Assembly (NCBI GenBank): GCA_025453395.1
Contig: JALOQK010000005.1
Coordinates: 12,684 to 76,683 of the forward strand
Length of the DNA: 64,000 bases
Direction of reading: 5' to 3'
Source: Candidatus Omnitrophota bacterium
GTDB lineage: Bacteria; Omnitrophota; Gorgyraeia; Gygaellales; Profunditerraquicolaceae
Below, in pieces: positions 18,558 through 27,484 of this stretch (the first letter of the stretch is position 1; the number at the start of each line of letters is the position of its first letter). The translations under genes were made by a program, and so were the position numbers. The notes under the pieces are model-generated. The model was not told the origin of the DNA and did no database searches. It worked only from the letters and a program-made list of their open reading frames with translations.

Positions 18558-19586
18558 ATGAATATTTCTACCTTAAATAAGATTATTTCCAGATTCCCTA
18601 AGGCCAATATCCTGGTTGTCGGGGATTTGATCCTTGACCAGTATATCTGGGGAAATGTGGACAGGGTTTCTCCAGAGGCTCCGGTCCCGATAGTCTGGGC
18701 GAACAAGCGCAATTATGTCCCCGGAGGCGCGGCCAATGTGGCTAATAACGTGCGCGCTTTGGAGGGGAAAGTTTCCTTGCTTGGGGTTGTGGGAAGCGAT
18801 TTGCAGGCCAAAACGCTTATTTCCAAGCTAAAAGAAAGAAACATTAATACAAGAGGTATTTTTATTGAAGATGGCAGGCGCACTATTTTAAAGACCCGGA
18901 TCATTGCCGGGCATCAGCAGGTGGTGCGCGTGGATTGGGAAGATGCGCATAATATCAAGGTGAAGACGCGCGATAAATTGCAGGCCTTCATTCAGAAAAA
19001 TATCAAGGATTTTGACGCGGTTATCATTGAAGATTATGGCAAGGGGTTGTTGGATCCCTTTCTTTTGCGGCTTATCACGCAAGAAGCGCGTAAAAATAAA
19101 AAGATCGTGACCGTTGACCCCAAAGAAGACAATTTTGAATATTATAAAGGGGCTACTTGTATCACTCCCAACAGAAAAGAAACCCAGAACGCGGTCAGGT
19201 ATCTTAAGATCAAAGATCAGGAAAATAAATTTAAAGTTTATAACGATAAGCTTGCTACCCATGGGGATATTGACCAGGCCGCGAGAATGATCCTGCAATA
19301 TCTTAACCTTGAATCGCTGTTAGTTACTTTGGGCGAGGACGGGATGTTTTTATTTGAAAAAGGGAAATCCCGAAAACATATACCAACGGTAGCCCAAGAA
19401 GTTTTTGATGTTTCAGGCGCCGGGGACACGGTAATTGGAACTTTTACTTTGTCTCTTGCTTGCGGGGCGAATAAAGAAGAAGCCGCCTATATTTCTAATT
19501 TCGCCGCCGGCATTGTGGTTGGGAAATTAGGCACAGCGGTAACAAATAGAAAAGAATTAACAAAAAAAATATTGAAACATGAATAG
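18558..19586 (+). CDS. rfaE1: D-glycero-D-manno-heptose-7-phosphate kinase (stand-alone kinase domain)
   Basis: GDLILD, RVSPEAPVP, PGGAANV, DYGKG, DVSGAGDT. Confidence 0.92.
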   Translation: MNISTLNKIISRFPKANILVVGDLILDQYIWGNVDRVSPEAPVPIVWANKRNYVPGGAANVANNVRALEGKVSLLGVVGSDLQAKTLISKLKERNINTRGIFIEDGRRTILKTRIIAGHQQVVRVDWEDAHNIKVKTRDKLQAFIQKNIKDFDAVIIEDYGKGLLDPFLLRLITQEARKNKKIVTVDPKEDNFEYYKGATCITPNRKETQNAVRYLKIKDQENKFKVYNDKLATHGDIDQAARMILQYLNLESLLVTLGEDGMFLFEKGKSRKHIPTVAQEVFDVSGAGDTVIGTFTLSLACGANKEEAAYISNFAAGIVVGKLGTAVTNRKELTKKILKHE

Positions 19587-19591
19587 TTTTT

Positions 19592-19722
19592 CAATAATCA
19601 ATAACCAAACTTGTTTGGGTAATTGGTTATTGATTATTGGGTATTATTTGGTGTTTGGAATTTGATGTTTGGTTATTTACAATTATCGGTGTTTGGTTAT
19701 TGTGATTTGATGTTTGGTTATT
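19592..19722. repeat. Family A element with short left arm and extended right arm
   Basis: caataat caataac caaac-tt-gtttg ggtaattg gttattg attattg ggtattatttg gtgtttg gaatttg atgtttg ... Confidence 0.88.
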
Positions 19723-19751
19723 AATCTTCTATAAGAGGAAGTGAGAATACA

Positions 19752-20492
19752 ATGGATGTTGTAGGAGTGATCCCGGCGAGGTTTTCTTCCACGCGTTTAG
19801 AGGGCAAGGTATTAGCGGATATAAACGGCAAGCCGATGCTGCAGTATGTCTGGGAGCGCGCCAAACAGGCCAAGATATTGGATGATCTTATTATTGCCTG
19901 CGATGATGAAAAGATCCTTATTGCCGCGGAGAGTTTTGGCGCCAAGGCAGTAATGACCTCCAAAGACCACGCAAGCGGCTCTGACAGGATTTGCGAAGTA
20001 ATAAATTTCTTAGACGTAAAAATCGTGATAAACATTCAGGGTGATGAACCGATGATCCACCCGATGATGATAGAAACAGTGGCGCGCACTTTGTTAGAGA
20101 ATAAAAATGTCTCTATGGCAACTCTGAAGAAGAAAATTGAGGATCCCGAAGAAATAAATGACCCTCATGTAGTAAAAGTGGTCACTGACAAGAATGATTT
20201 TGCTTTATATTTCTCCAGAAGCCCTATACCGTTTCATGCTGCCAGCTCTAAGATCAAGGAGCCGTTTTATTACAAGCATATCGGGCTTTACGGTTATACC
20301 AAGGATTTTCTTTTTACCTATAAGAATCTTCCGGTGTCAAATTTGGAGGCCATTGAAAAGCTTGAGCAATTAAGGGTGCTTGAAGAAGGCATCAAGATCA
20401 AAGTCCTTGAGACAAAGTTTGAGACTATCGGGGTGGACACGCAAGAGGATTTGGAGAAAGTAAAGCATTACTTAAATGAGCAAAAGAACTAA
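19752..20492 (+). CDS. kdsB: CMP-Kdo synthetase
   Basis: IPARFSSTRLEGK, SGSDR, NIQGDEP, EKLEQLR. Confidence 0.97.
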   Translation: MDVVGVIPARFSSTRLEGKVLADINGKPMLQYVWERAKQAKILDDLIIACDDEKILIAAESFGAKAVMTSKDHASGSDRICEVINFLDVKIVINIQGDEPMIHPMMIETVARTLLENKNVSMATLKKKIEDPEEINDPHVVKVVTDKNDFALYFSRSPIPFHAASSKIKEPFYYKHIGLYGYTKDFLFTYKNLPVSNLEAIEKLEQLRVLEEGIKIKVLETKFETIGVDTQEDLEKVKHYLNEQKN

Positions 20493-20495
20493 TGA

Positions 20496-20578
20496 AAAAT
20501 CCCAAATCCAAATAAATCTTCCGGATTTGGAAATTGGGATTTAATTGGTAGTATTGGGATCTTGACATTGGGATTTTT
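20496..20578. repeat. Inverted-arm element, family A variant (AATCCC/GGGATT)
   Basis: aaaaatcccaaatccaaat ... atttggaaattgggattt ... attgggatc ... attgggattttt. Confidence 0.7.
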
Positions 20579-20595
20579 ACTATGGGGGTAAACTG

Positions 20596-21405
20596 ATGCG
20601 GCAGATAAAAGTAGGTAATATTAATATTGGCAGCGGAAAAATGGTCTTAATCGCGGGGCCATGTGTCATTGAATCCGCGAAACTGTGCCTTGATACCGCC
20701 AAAAGGATAAAGGATATTACCGCTAAATATAATGTCCCTTATATTTTCAAATCCAGCTACGACAAAGCCAACCGCATGTCGGTGGATTCTTTTAGGGGGC
20801 CGGGGATAGATAAAGGCTTGGAGGTTCTTGCGCAGGTAAAAAGTAAATTAAAGATTCCGGTTTTAAGCGATGTGCATTGCGTCAAGGACATGCAAAAAGC
20901 CTCAAGAGTGCTTGATATTATTCAGATACCGGCGTTTTTATGCCGTCAGACCGATATGGTTGTGGCGGCCGCTTCTACCGGAAAAATAGTCAATATTAAA
21001 AAGGGGCAGTTTCTCGCTCCCTGGGATATCGCGGCAATAATCAAGAAAGCCGAGTCAACTGGCAATAAAAAGATTATTTTAACCGAAAGAGGCGTTTGTT
21101 TCGGCTATAACAATTTAGTGATGGATTTTAGAAGTTTAAAAGTCATGCGCGATTTAGGGTATCCGGTGATTTATGACGCTACTCACAGTATTCAGCTTCC
21201 CGCGGGGAAAGGCACTTGTTCTGGGGGAGAGCGGGAATTTGTCCCCGGGCTTTGCCGCGCGGCAGTCGCCTTTGGCTGCGATGGGCTCTTCCTGGAAGTG
21301 CATCCTAACCCGGATAAGGCTTTGTGTGACGCTTCAAGCATGATTAGCCTGCAAAATTTAGAATTCATACTTAAACAAACAAGAAAAATAGAAAAGGCAT
21401 TATGA
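20596..21405 (+). CDS. kdsA: Kdo-8-phosphate synthase
   Basis: IAGPCVIE, SYDKANR, QIPAFLCRQTD, KKGQF, DATHS. Confidence 0.97.
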   Translation: MRQIKVGNINIGSGKMVLIAGPCVIESAKLCLDTAKRIKDITAKYNVPYIFKSSYDKANRMSVDSFRGPGIDKGLEVLAQVKSKLKIPVLSDVHCVKDMQKASRVLDIIQIPAFLCRQTDMVVAAASTGKIVNIKKGQFLAPWDIAAIIKKAESTGNKKIILTERGVCFGYNNLVMDFRSLKVMRDLGYPVIYDATHSIQLPAGKGTCSGGEREFVPGLCRAAVAFGCDGLFLEVHPNPDKALCDASSMISLQNLEFILKQTRKIEKAL

Positions 21406-22373
21406 TGATTGCAAATAAAATTAAACGCGCCAAAGAAGTTTTGGATATTGAGGCTAAGGCTATTCTTGCTTTAAGGCCGCAGGTAAATAAAAGTTTTCAA
21501 AAGGCGCTGGATATATTATTTAAGACAAGAGGCAGAGTAGTAGTAAGCGGCATGGGAAAAACCGGCATTATCGCCCAGAAATTCTCCGCTACTTTAGCCT
21601 CTACCGGGACCCCGAGTTTATTTTTGCACCTGGCTGAGGCCTCGCACGGTGATTTGGGGAAGGTGGCAAGTTTTGATACCATAGTAATTATTTCTTACAG
21701 CGGGCAGAGCAGTGAAATAAAACAGCTTTTGCCTTTATTAAAGAAGATTGGGGTTAAGATAATCGCTGTTACCGGAAATATAAAATCAGACCTGGCAAAA
21801 TACAGTGACGTGGTTTTGGATGTTTTTGTCAAGAAAGAGGCCTGTCCTTTAGGGTTGGCTCCTACCGCTTCTACAACCGCGACTTTAGCCATGACTGATG
21901 CCTTGGCAGTTTGTTTATTGGAGCTAAGAGGTTTTAAGGCCAAAGATTTTGCTTTTTATCATCCGGGAGGATCTTTAGGCAGAAGGCTATTATTGAAAGT
22001 GGCGGATCTTATGCGCACAGGAAAAAATAATCCGGTTGTGGATGGTAATGAGAAAGTCGCCCGGGTTTTAGTGAAGATAACCCAATCCCGCGCAGGAAGC
22101 GCTTCGGTTGTGGGGAAAAATGGCAGGCTGATCGGTATTTTTACTGATGGAGACCTGCGCCGGCACCTTGAAACCGATTCAGACCTTTCAAGCCGTAAAG
22201 TCAAAGAGGTTATGACCGCTAATCCCAAGACAGTCCCCCAAGAAATGCTTGTGGCCGAAGCCATGCGCATTATTGAAGAAAAGAAGATTGATGAGCTGCC
22301 GGTTGTAGACAAACACGGCAAGCCGATCGGGCTTTTAGATGTTCAGGATATTATAAAAGCCGGCATGGTTTGA
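21402..22373 (+). CDS. kdsD: Arabinose-5-phosphate isomerase (SIS + CBS)
   Basis: GMGK, HGDLG, EACPLGLAPTAS, HPGGSLG, CBS pair. Confidence 0.95.
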   Translation: MMIANKIKRAKEVLDIEAKAILALRPQVNKSFQKALDILFKTRGRVVVSGMGKTGIIAQKFSATLASTGTPSLFLHLAEASHGDLGKVASFDTIVIISYSGQSSEIKQLLPLLKKIGVKIIAVTGNIKSDLAKYSDVVLDVFVKKEACPLGLAPTASTTATLAMTDALAVCLLELRGFKAKDFAFYHPGGSLGRRLLLKVADLMRTGKNNPVVDGNEKVARVLVKITQSRAGSASVVGKNGRLIGIFTDGDLRRHLETDSDLSSRKVKEVMTANPKTVPQEMLVAEAMRIIEEKKIDELPVVDKHGKPIGLLDVQDIIKAGMV

Positions 22374-22390
22374 TCAAAGGTAAAAACCGC

Positions 22391-22418
22391 TTGCTTTTAA
22401 TTATCGGTGTGGTAAAAT
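22391..22418 (+). promoter_or_regulatory. Sigma70-type promoter upstream of kdsC
   Basis: TTGCTT-16 nt-TAAAAT with TG extension. Confidence 0.5.
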
Positions 22419-22431
22419 TCAGAGGTTTCAA

Positions 22432-22959
22432 ATGGAAGAATTCATTGTTAAAAAGGCAAGCAAGGTAAAGTTTCTTCTTTTGGATGTGGACGGAGTTCTT
22501 ACTGACGGCCGGATCATTTATGATTCAAAGGGCAGGGATTCTAAGTTCTTTGATGTGCATGACGGGCTTGGGGCGTATTGTTTGAACAGGTTAGGCATCA
22601 AGGTCATCCTTGTTTCTGCCAAGGCCTCGCGCACTATTCTTCACCGCGCCAAAGACATGCAGGCAACAGAGGTTTTTGCCGGGACAGTCCCTAAGACAAA
22701 AGTTTTGGATAAAGTTTTAAAGAAATATGACGTTTGCGCTGAAGAAATCTGTTTTGTCGGCGATGATCTGGTGGATTTAGGGGTTATGAAGAAAGTCGGC
22801 TTTCCGGTTGCTGTTGCCAATGCCTGCCAGGAAATAAAAGATGTGGCTGTTTTTGTGACCAGTAAAAAAGGCGGCAGAGGCGCGGTCAGAGAAATAGCGG
22901 AACTTATCTTAAAATCTCAAGGTAAGTGGGAAGAAATCCTTAAAATATATGACAAATAA
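22432..22959 (+). CDS. kdsC: Kdo-8-phosphate phosphatase
   Basis: LDVDGVLTDG, GDDLVD, GGRGAVRE. Confidence 0.95.
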   Translation: MEEFIVKKASKVKFLLLDVDGVLTDGRIIYDSKGRDSKFFDVHDGLGAYCLNRLGIKVILVSAKASRTILHRAKDMQATEVFAGTVPKTKVLDKVLKKYDVCAEEICFVGDDLVDLGVMKKVGFPVAVANACQEIKDVAVFVTSKKGGRGAVREIAELILKSQGKWEEILKIYDK

Positions 22960-23875
22960 TAAGCATTACTGGAGAATAATCTGTGTTTTAAGTTTTCAGC
23001 TTTCAGCTATCAGCTTTCAGCTATCAGCTTCTTTTGCCCAAAGTCAGAATAGTTCTGGCCAGCAGATCGGGGATTTTTCTTTATCCGGTTACGGCGATCA
23101 AGGCAAGAAAACATGGGAGATTTCCGGTAAATCCGCAGACCTATTGGAAAACGAAGTTGCGCTTCAGGATGTTAAGGGCAATCTTTACGGCGAAGAAGAT
23201 AATATCACTATTACTTCCAAAGAGGGAAATTTCGATAAGAAAGAGGGCAAGGTAAAGCTGGAAAAGGATGTGGTGATTACTACTGGCTCCGGAGCGAAAT
23301 TAACCACGGATTCCCTGGAGTGGGACAGAAAAAAACAGCTTGTTTCTACCGAAGATAAAGTCAATATAGAGCGTGACGGGATCATGGCTACCGCTATGGG
23401 TGCCAGTGGCCAGCCGAATTTAAATACAGTTAATCTGAATAAAGATGTGACCGTGAAATTGGACCAGTCTACAGGTTCAGGCAAGGCCGGACAGGTGGTT
23501 GTGAATTGTGATGGCCCTTTAGAGATAAACTATGAAAAGAACGTCGCGGTCTTTGAAAATAAGGTCCATGTCATAAGAGATGATACCCAGATATACTGCG
23601 ATAAGATGGAGATATATTTCTTGAAATCATCATCTGATAAAGCCGCTGTTCAAGTCAAATCCGATGAGCCTGCTCCCGAGGATGCGATGATGGTGAATAA
23701 TTCTAAAATAGACAGTTTAATCTGTAAGGGCAATGTGCGCATTGTGCGCGGAGAAAATGTTTCTTACAGCGATCAGGCTGTTTACAACGCGAGAGATAAA
23801 AAGATCGTTTTAATCGGCAGGCCCCAATTGGTGCTTTCTTCTACTGATGATTTAAGTATGCCTTCTGGAAAATAA
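22949..23875 (+). CDS. lptC: LptC-like protein with a C-terminal LptA/OstA-like domain
   Basis: Lies between kdsC and lptB; beta-jellyroll-type motifs (KKTWEISG, LTTDSLEW, then FENKVHV..IYCDKM, GNVRI, LIGRP). Confidence 0.75.
   Translation: MTNNKHYWRIICVLSFQLSAISFQLSASFAQSQNSSGQQIGDFSLSGYGDQGKKTWEISGKSADLLENEVALQDVKGNLYGEEDNITITSKEGNFDKKEGKVKLEKDVVITTGSGAKLTTDSLEWDRKKQLVSTEDKVNIERDGIMATAMGASGQPNLNTVNLNKDVTVKLDQSTGSGKAGQVVVNCDGPLEINYEKNVAVFENKVHVIRDDTQIYCDKMEIYFLKSSSDKAAVQVKSDEPAPEDAMMVNNSKIDSLICKGNVRIVRGENVSYSDQAVYNARDKKIVLIGRPQLVLSSTDDLSMPSGK
22996..23030. repeat. Five family D heptamers, in frame in the LptC N-terminal hydrophobic segment
   Basis: TCAGCTT TCAGCTA TCAGCTT TCAGCTA TCAGCTT, encoding FQLSAISFQLSA. 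Confidence 0.93.
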
Positions 23876-23886
23876 GGAGTTTTATC

Positions 23887-24609
23887 GTGCGCCTTCTTGA
23901 GGTAAAAGGTTTAAGCAAGTCCTATGACGCAAGAGAAGTAGTCAAGGGCGTAGACTTGGTAGTCAAGCGCGGAGAGATAGTCGGGCTTTTGGGCCCCAAT
24001 GGCGCCGGGAAGACCACTACTTTTTATATGGTGGTGGGCATTATCAATCCGGACAAGGGCAAGATCATCTTTGATAATTATGATATTACCTCTCTTCCCA
24101 TACACGTGCGTTCACATTATGGCATAGCGTATCTGGCTCAAGAGGCTTCCATATTCCGCAAGCTGACCGTGGAAGATAATATTATGGCTATTTTAGAGAC
24201 CCTGCCTTTGAGCAGGCAGGACAGAAGAAACAGGCTTAACAGATTATTGGATGAATTAAATATCGCCCATTTGCGCAAAAGCAAGGCTTTTACATTATCC
24301 GGAGGCGAGAGAAGAAGGCTTGAGATCACAAGGGCGCTTGTCACTAACCCATCGTTTATTCTTTTGGATGAGCCTTTTTCCGGCATAGACCCGATAGTGG
24401 TCAATGAGGCGCAGGGCATTATAAGAGAGTTAAGAGACATGGGATTAGGGATCCTTCTTACGGATCATAACGTGCGCGAGACGCTTTCTATTACCGACCG
24501 CGCGTATTTGATTGCCGAGGGGAAAATTCTTATTTCTGGATCAGCCAGCGAGTTGATCAACAACCCCCAAGCGCGTCAGATCTATTTAGGCGAGAAATTC
24601 AGGATGTAA
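23887..24609 (+). CDS. lptB: LPS export ABC ATPase
   Basis: GPNGAGKTT, LSGGERRR, LDEPFSGIDP, TDHNVRETL. Confidence 0.97.
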   Translation: MRLLEVKGLSKSYDAREVVKGVDLVVKRGEIVGLLGPNGAGKTTTFYMVVGIINPDKGKIIFDNYDITSLPIHVRSHYGIAYLAQEASIFRKLTVEDNIMAILETLPLSRQDRRNRLNRLLDELNIAHLRKSKAFTLSGGERRRLEITRALVTNPSFILLDEPFSGIDPIVVNEAQGIIRELRDMGLGILLTDHNVRETLSITDRAYLIAEGKILISGSASELINNPQARQIYLGEKFRM

Positions 24610-24647
24610 GAATTAAAAACAAAAAAGAAAGGTTGAGTGTATTGGAA

Positions 24648-25520
24648 ATGAATACGGAAGTTAAGAAGATGCAGGATAACAAAGTTGAAATAGGCATTAA
24701 AGTAACCGGTGAAGTTGTTAAAAATAAGTTTGAGGATGTGTTTAAGAAGATCGGGCAGGAAGCCAAGGTCCCCGGTTTTAGGCAGGGGCATGTGCCGCGT
24801 GATATGTTAGAAAAGGATTTCTCCGCTTATGCTCATCAGCAGGTGATTCAGGAGCTTATACCAGAGCTTTATGACCAGGCGGTAGAAAAAGAATCTATCG
24901 CGGTTGTGGATCTGCCGCAGATAAGCGAAGTTAATCTGGACAGAGAAAATATTTCTTTTAAGGCTGTTGTTGAAGTGGTGCCGGAAATAAAATTAAATAA
25001 ATACAAGGGGTTATCCGTAAAATACCCCGCGATAGAAGTAACCGCAGATGAGTTAAAACGCCAGATAGATTCGCTAAAAGAGCAGCGTAAGGCAGATGTT
25101 GTGGATGACGATTTTGCCAAAGGCTTATGTTATCCTGACCTTAAGGCGTTAGAGAAAGCCCTCGAGAGGCAGATTTTTGTCAATAAAGAAAACCAGCAGC
25201 GCCAAAAAATAGAGGCCCAGGTCATAGAGGATATTACCAAGCAGCTTGATTTTAAGGTCCCGCAGGTGATGATAGACCGCCAGCTGGAGGAAATGTTGAA
25301 GCAGGCCAAAGTGGATTTAGCGCTTCGGGGCATGCCTAAAGACCAGATTAATTCCCATGAAAAAGAAATGATTGAATCTTTAAAGCCAAAGGCTGCGGAA
25401 GAAGTGAAGAATTATCTGGTTTTATCTGCGATAGCAAAGGAAGAAAAGATTGACCCTAAGCAACACATGCCGCAGAAAGTGATGGAGTTTTTGTTTAAAA
25501 ACGCGCAGTGGAGCAACTAA
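24648..25520 (+). CDS. tig: Trigger factor lacking the PPIase domain
   Basis: VPGFRQGHVP ribosome-binding signature, C-domain DDDFAK..VPQVMI, upstream of clpP; only about 290 aa. Confidence 0.88.
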   Translation: MNTEVKKMQDNKVEIGIKVTGEVVKNKFEDVFKKIGQEAKVPGFRQGHVPRDMLEKDFSAYAHQQVIQELIPELYDQAVEKESIAVVDLPQISEVNLDRENISFKAVVEVVPEIKLNKYKGLSVKYPAIEVTADELKRQIDSLKEQRKADVVDDDFAKGLCYPDLKALEKALERQIFVNKENQQRQKIEAQVIEDITKQLDFKVPQVMIDRQLEEMLKQAKVDLALRGMPKDQINSHEKEMIESLKPKAAEEVKNYLVLSAIAKEEKIDPKQHMPQKVMEFLFKNAQWSN

Positions 25521-25534
25521 TATAGGAGGCCATT

Positions 25535-26137
25535 ATGAGTCAGAATCAAGTGTTAGTTCCCATGGTCATAGAGCAGACTGCTCGCGGCTATGAGAGAGCC
25601 TATGATATTTACTCCCGTCTTTTAAAAGACCGTGTTCTTTTTATTGGAACGCCCATTGATGATACCGTGGCAAATTTAATTATCGCCCAGATGCTTTTCT
25701 TGCAGATGGAAGATTCTTCAAAGGATATAAATATTTACGTTAATTCTCCCGGAGGATCGGTCACCGCAGGGCTTGCCATCTATGATACTATGCGTTTTGT
25801 CAAGTGCGATGTGGCTACTTATTGCGTGGGGCAAGCTGCCAGTATGGGGGCGCTTCTTTTGGCTGCGGGCACAAAGGGTAAGCGTTTTTCTCTGCCGCAT
25901 TCAAGGGTAATGATCCATCAGCCTTGGGGAGGCGTGCAAGGTGCCGCAAGCGATATTTCTATCCACGCTAAAGAAATTCTGCATATGCGCGAGAAAATAA
26001 ATCAGATTTTAAGTTTCCATACTTCGCAGCCGCTTGAAAAGATAGAAAAAGATACTGACCGCGATTATTTTATGTCCGCAGAAGAAGCTAAAAACTACGG
26101 TTTAGTGGATGAGGTTATTGTAAGCAATAAGAAATAG
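25535..26137 (+). CDS. clpP: ClpP protease
   Basis: [27 protein letters not shown]. Confidence 0.98.
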   Translation: MSQNQVLVPMVIEQTARGYERAYDIYSRLLKDRVLFIGTPIDDTVANLIIAQMLFLQMEDSSKDINIYVNSPGGSVTAGLAIYDTMRFVKCDVATYCVGQAASMGALLLAAGTKGKRFSLPHSRVMIHQPWGGVQGAASDISIHAKEILHMREKINQILSFHTSQPLEKIEKDTDRDYFMSAEEAKNYGLVDEVIVSNKK

Positions 26138-26145
26138 GATTAGTA

Positions 26146-26254
26146 GTGGGGTATGAGTAATGAGTATGGGGTGAGGGTGTGGATGGAAAGAATATTTTTC
26201 CTCACAACGCAGCCTCATTCTAAACTCACATCCCACAACCCAAAACCCACCCAT
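26146..26254. repeat. Inverted-arm element, family C (GTGAG/CTCAC)
   Basis: gtggggtatgagtaatgagtatggggtgagggtgtgg ... ctcacaa ... ctcacat cccacaa cccaaaa cccaccc. Confidence 0.75.
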
Positions 26255-26275
26255 ATTTCTTAAGGAGGTATTTTT

Positions 26276-27412
26276 ATGAAGAAGAATTATTTATTGACTC
26301 CCGGTCCGACACCTTTACCGCCAGAAGTTTGTGAAGCAATGGCGCGTCCGATCATTCATCATCGCACTCCTCAGTTCCAAGAGATTCTAAAAGAAGCTGG
26401 CGAGGGGCTAAAGTATATTTTCCAGACTACCGAAGATGTTTTCATTCTTACTTCTTCTGGGACAGGAGCCATGGAATCAGCAGTGGTTAATCTTTTGTCC
26501 GCGCAAGACGCTGTTATTTGCGTGGAAACAGGTAAATTCGGCGAGCGCTGGACAGAATTATGCAAGGCCTACGGCGTGAACCCGGAAGTTATAAGCGTGG
26601 AATGGGGTAAAGCAGTTGACCCAAAAGTTATACAGGATAAACTAAAAGCAAACCCGAATATAAAAGCGGTATTTACCACTCTTTGCGAAACATCAACCGG
26701 TGTCACAAACGATATTGAAGCCATAGGCAAGGTAGTAAAGAATTCTAACGCGGTGTTGGTGGTTGATGCCATAAGCGGGCTGGGCGCGATTGATTTAAAA
26801 ACTGATGCCTGGGGCTGTGACGTAGTTGTTTCAGGTTCTCAAAAAGGCTTAATGCTTCCTCCGGGATTAGCGTTTATTTCCGTAAGCAAAAAAGCCTGGG
26901 AGAAAATAGAAGCCGCGAAACTGCCCAAGTATTATTTTAATTTGAAACAGGCTAAAAAGGCCTGGGCGTCTACCGATACACCGTTTACTCCCGGGATACC
27001 GGTTGTCATTGCTTTAAATGAGGCCTTAAAGATCATGCGTCAGGATGGGATTGAGAATATTTTCTCCCGTCATAAGAAAATGGCCGATGCCACAAGAAAT
27101 GCCATGCAGGGTTTGGGTTTGGAACTTTTTTCTCCAACAGCCGCTAGCGATGTAGTCACGGCAGTGAAAGTCCCGCAAGGCATAGATGGAGAGAAATTAG
27201 TCAAGACTATGCGTGATGTTCATGGAGTTACTATTGCCGGAGGCCAGGCGGAGTTAAAAGGCAAAGTTTTTAGAATCGCGCATATGGGGTATATTACGGA
27301 ATTTGATATTATACTTTGCGTAGCCTGCCTTGAAAAAGTTTTAGCGCAGATGGGCTATAAGTTTAATCTGGGCGCTGGTTTAAAAGCCGCTCAAGAGGTG
27401 TTTCTAAAATAA
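26276..27412 (+). CDS. Class V PLP aminotransferase (AGXT/SerC-like)
   Basis: LLTPGPT, ETSTG, VDAIS, GSQKG, FRIAHMG; adjacent to serA. Confidence 0.92.
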   Translation: MKKNYLLTPGPTPLPPEVCEAMARPIIHHRTPQFQEILKEAGEGLKYIFQTTEDVFILTSSGTGAMESAVVNLLSAQDAVICVETGKFGERWTELCKAYGVNPEVISVEWGKAVDPKVIQDKLKANPNIKAVFTTLCETSTGVTNDIEAIGKVVKNSNAVLVVDAISGLGAIDLKTDAWGCDVVVSGSQKGLMLPPGLAFISVSKKAWEKIEAAKLPKYYFNLKQAKKAWASTDTPFTPGIPVVIALNEALKIMRQDGIENIFSRHKKMADATRNAMQGLGLELFSPTAASDVVTAVKVPQGIDGEKLVKTMRDVHGVTIAGGQAELKGKVFRIAHMGYITEFDIILCVACLEKVLAQMGYKFNLGAGLKAAQEVFLK

Positions 27413-27430
27413 TTCCTTGTTTCTCTTTTA

Positions 27431-27467
27431 TTTATTGAATATTGGGATTTGGTATTATTGGGATTTA
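27431..27467. repeat. Solo right arm, family A variant
   Basis: tttattg aatattg ggatttg gtattattg ggattt. Confidence 0.6.
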
Positions 27468-27484
27468 TTAAATAGGGGGTTATT

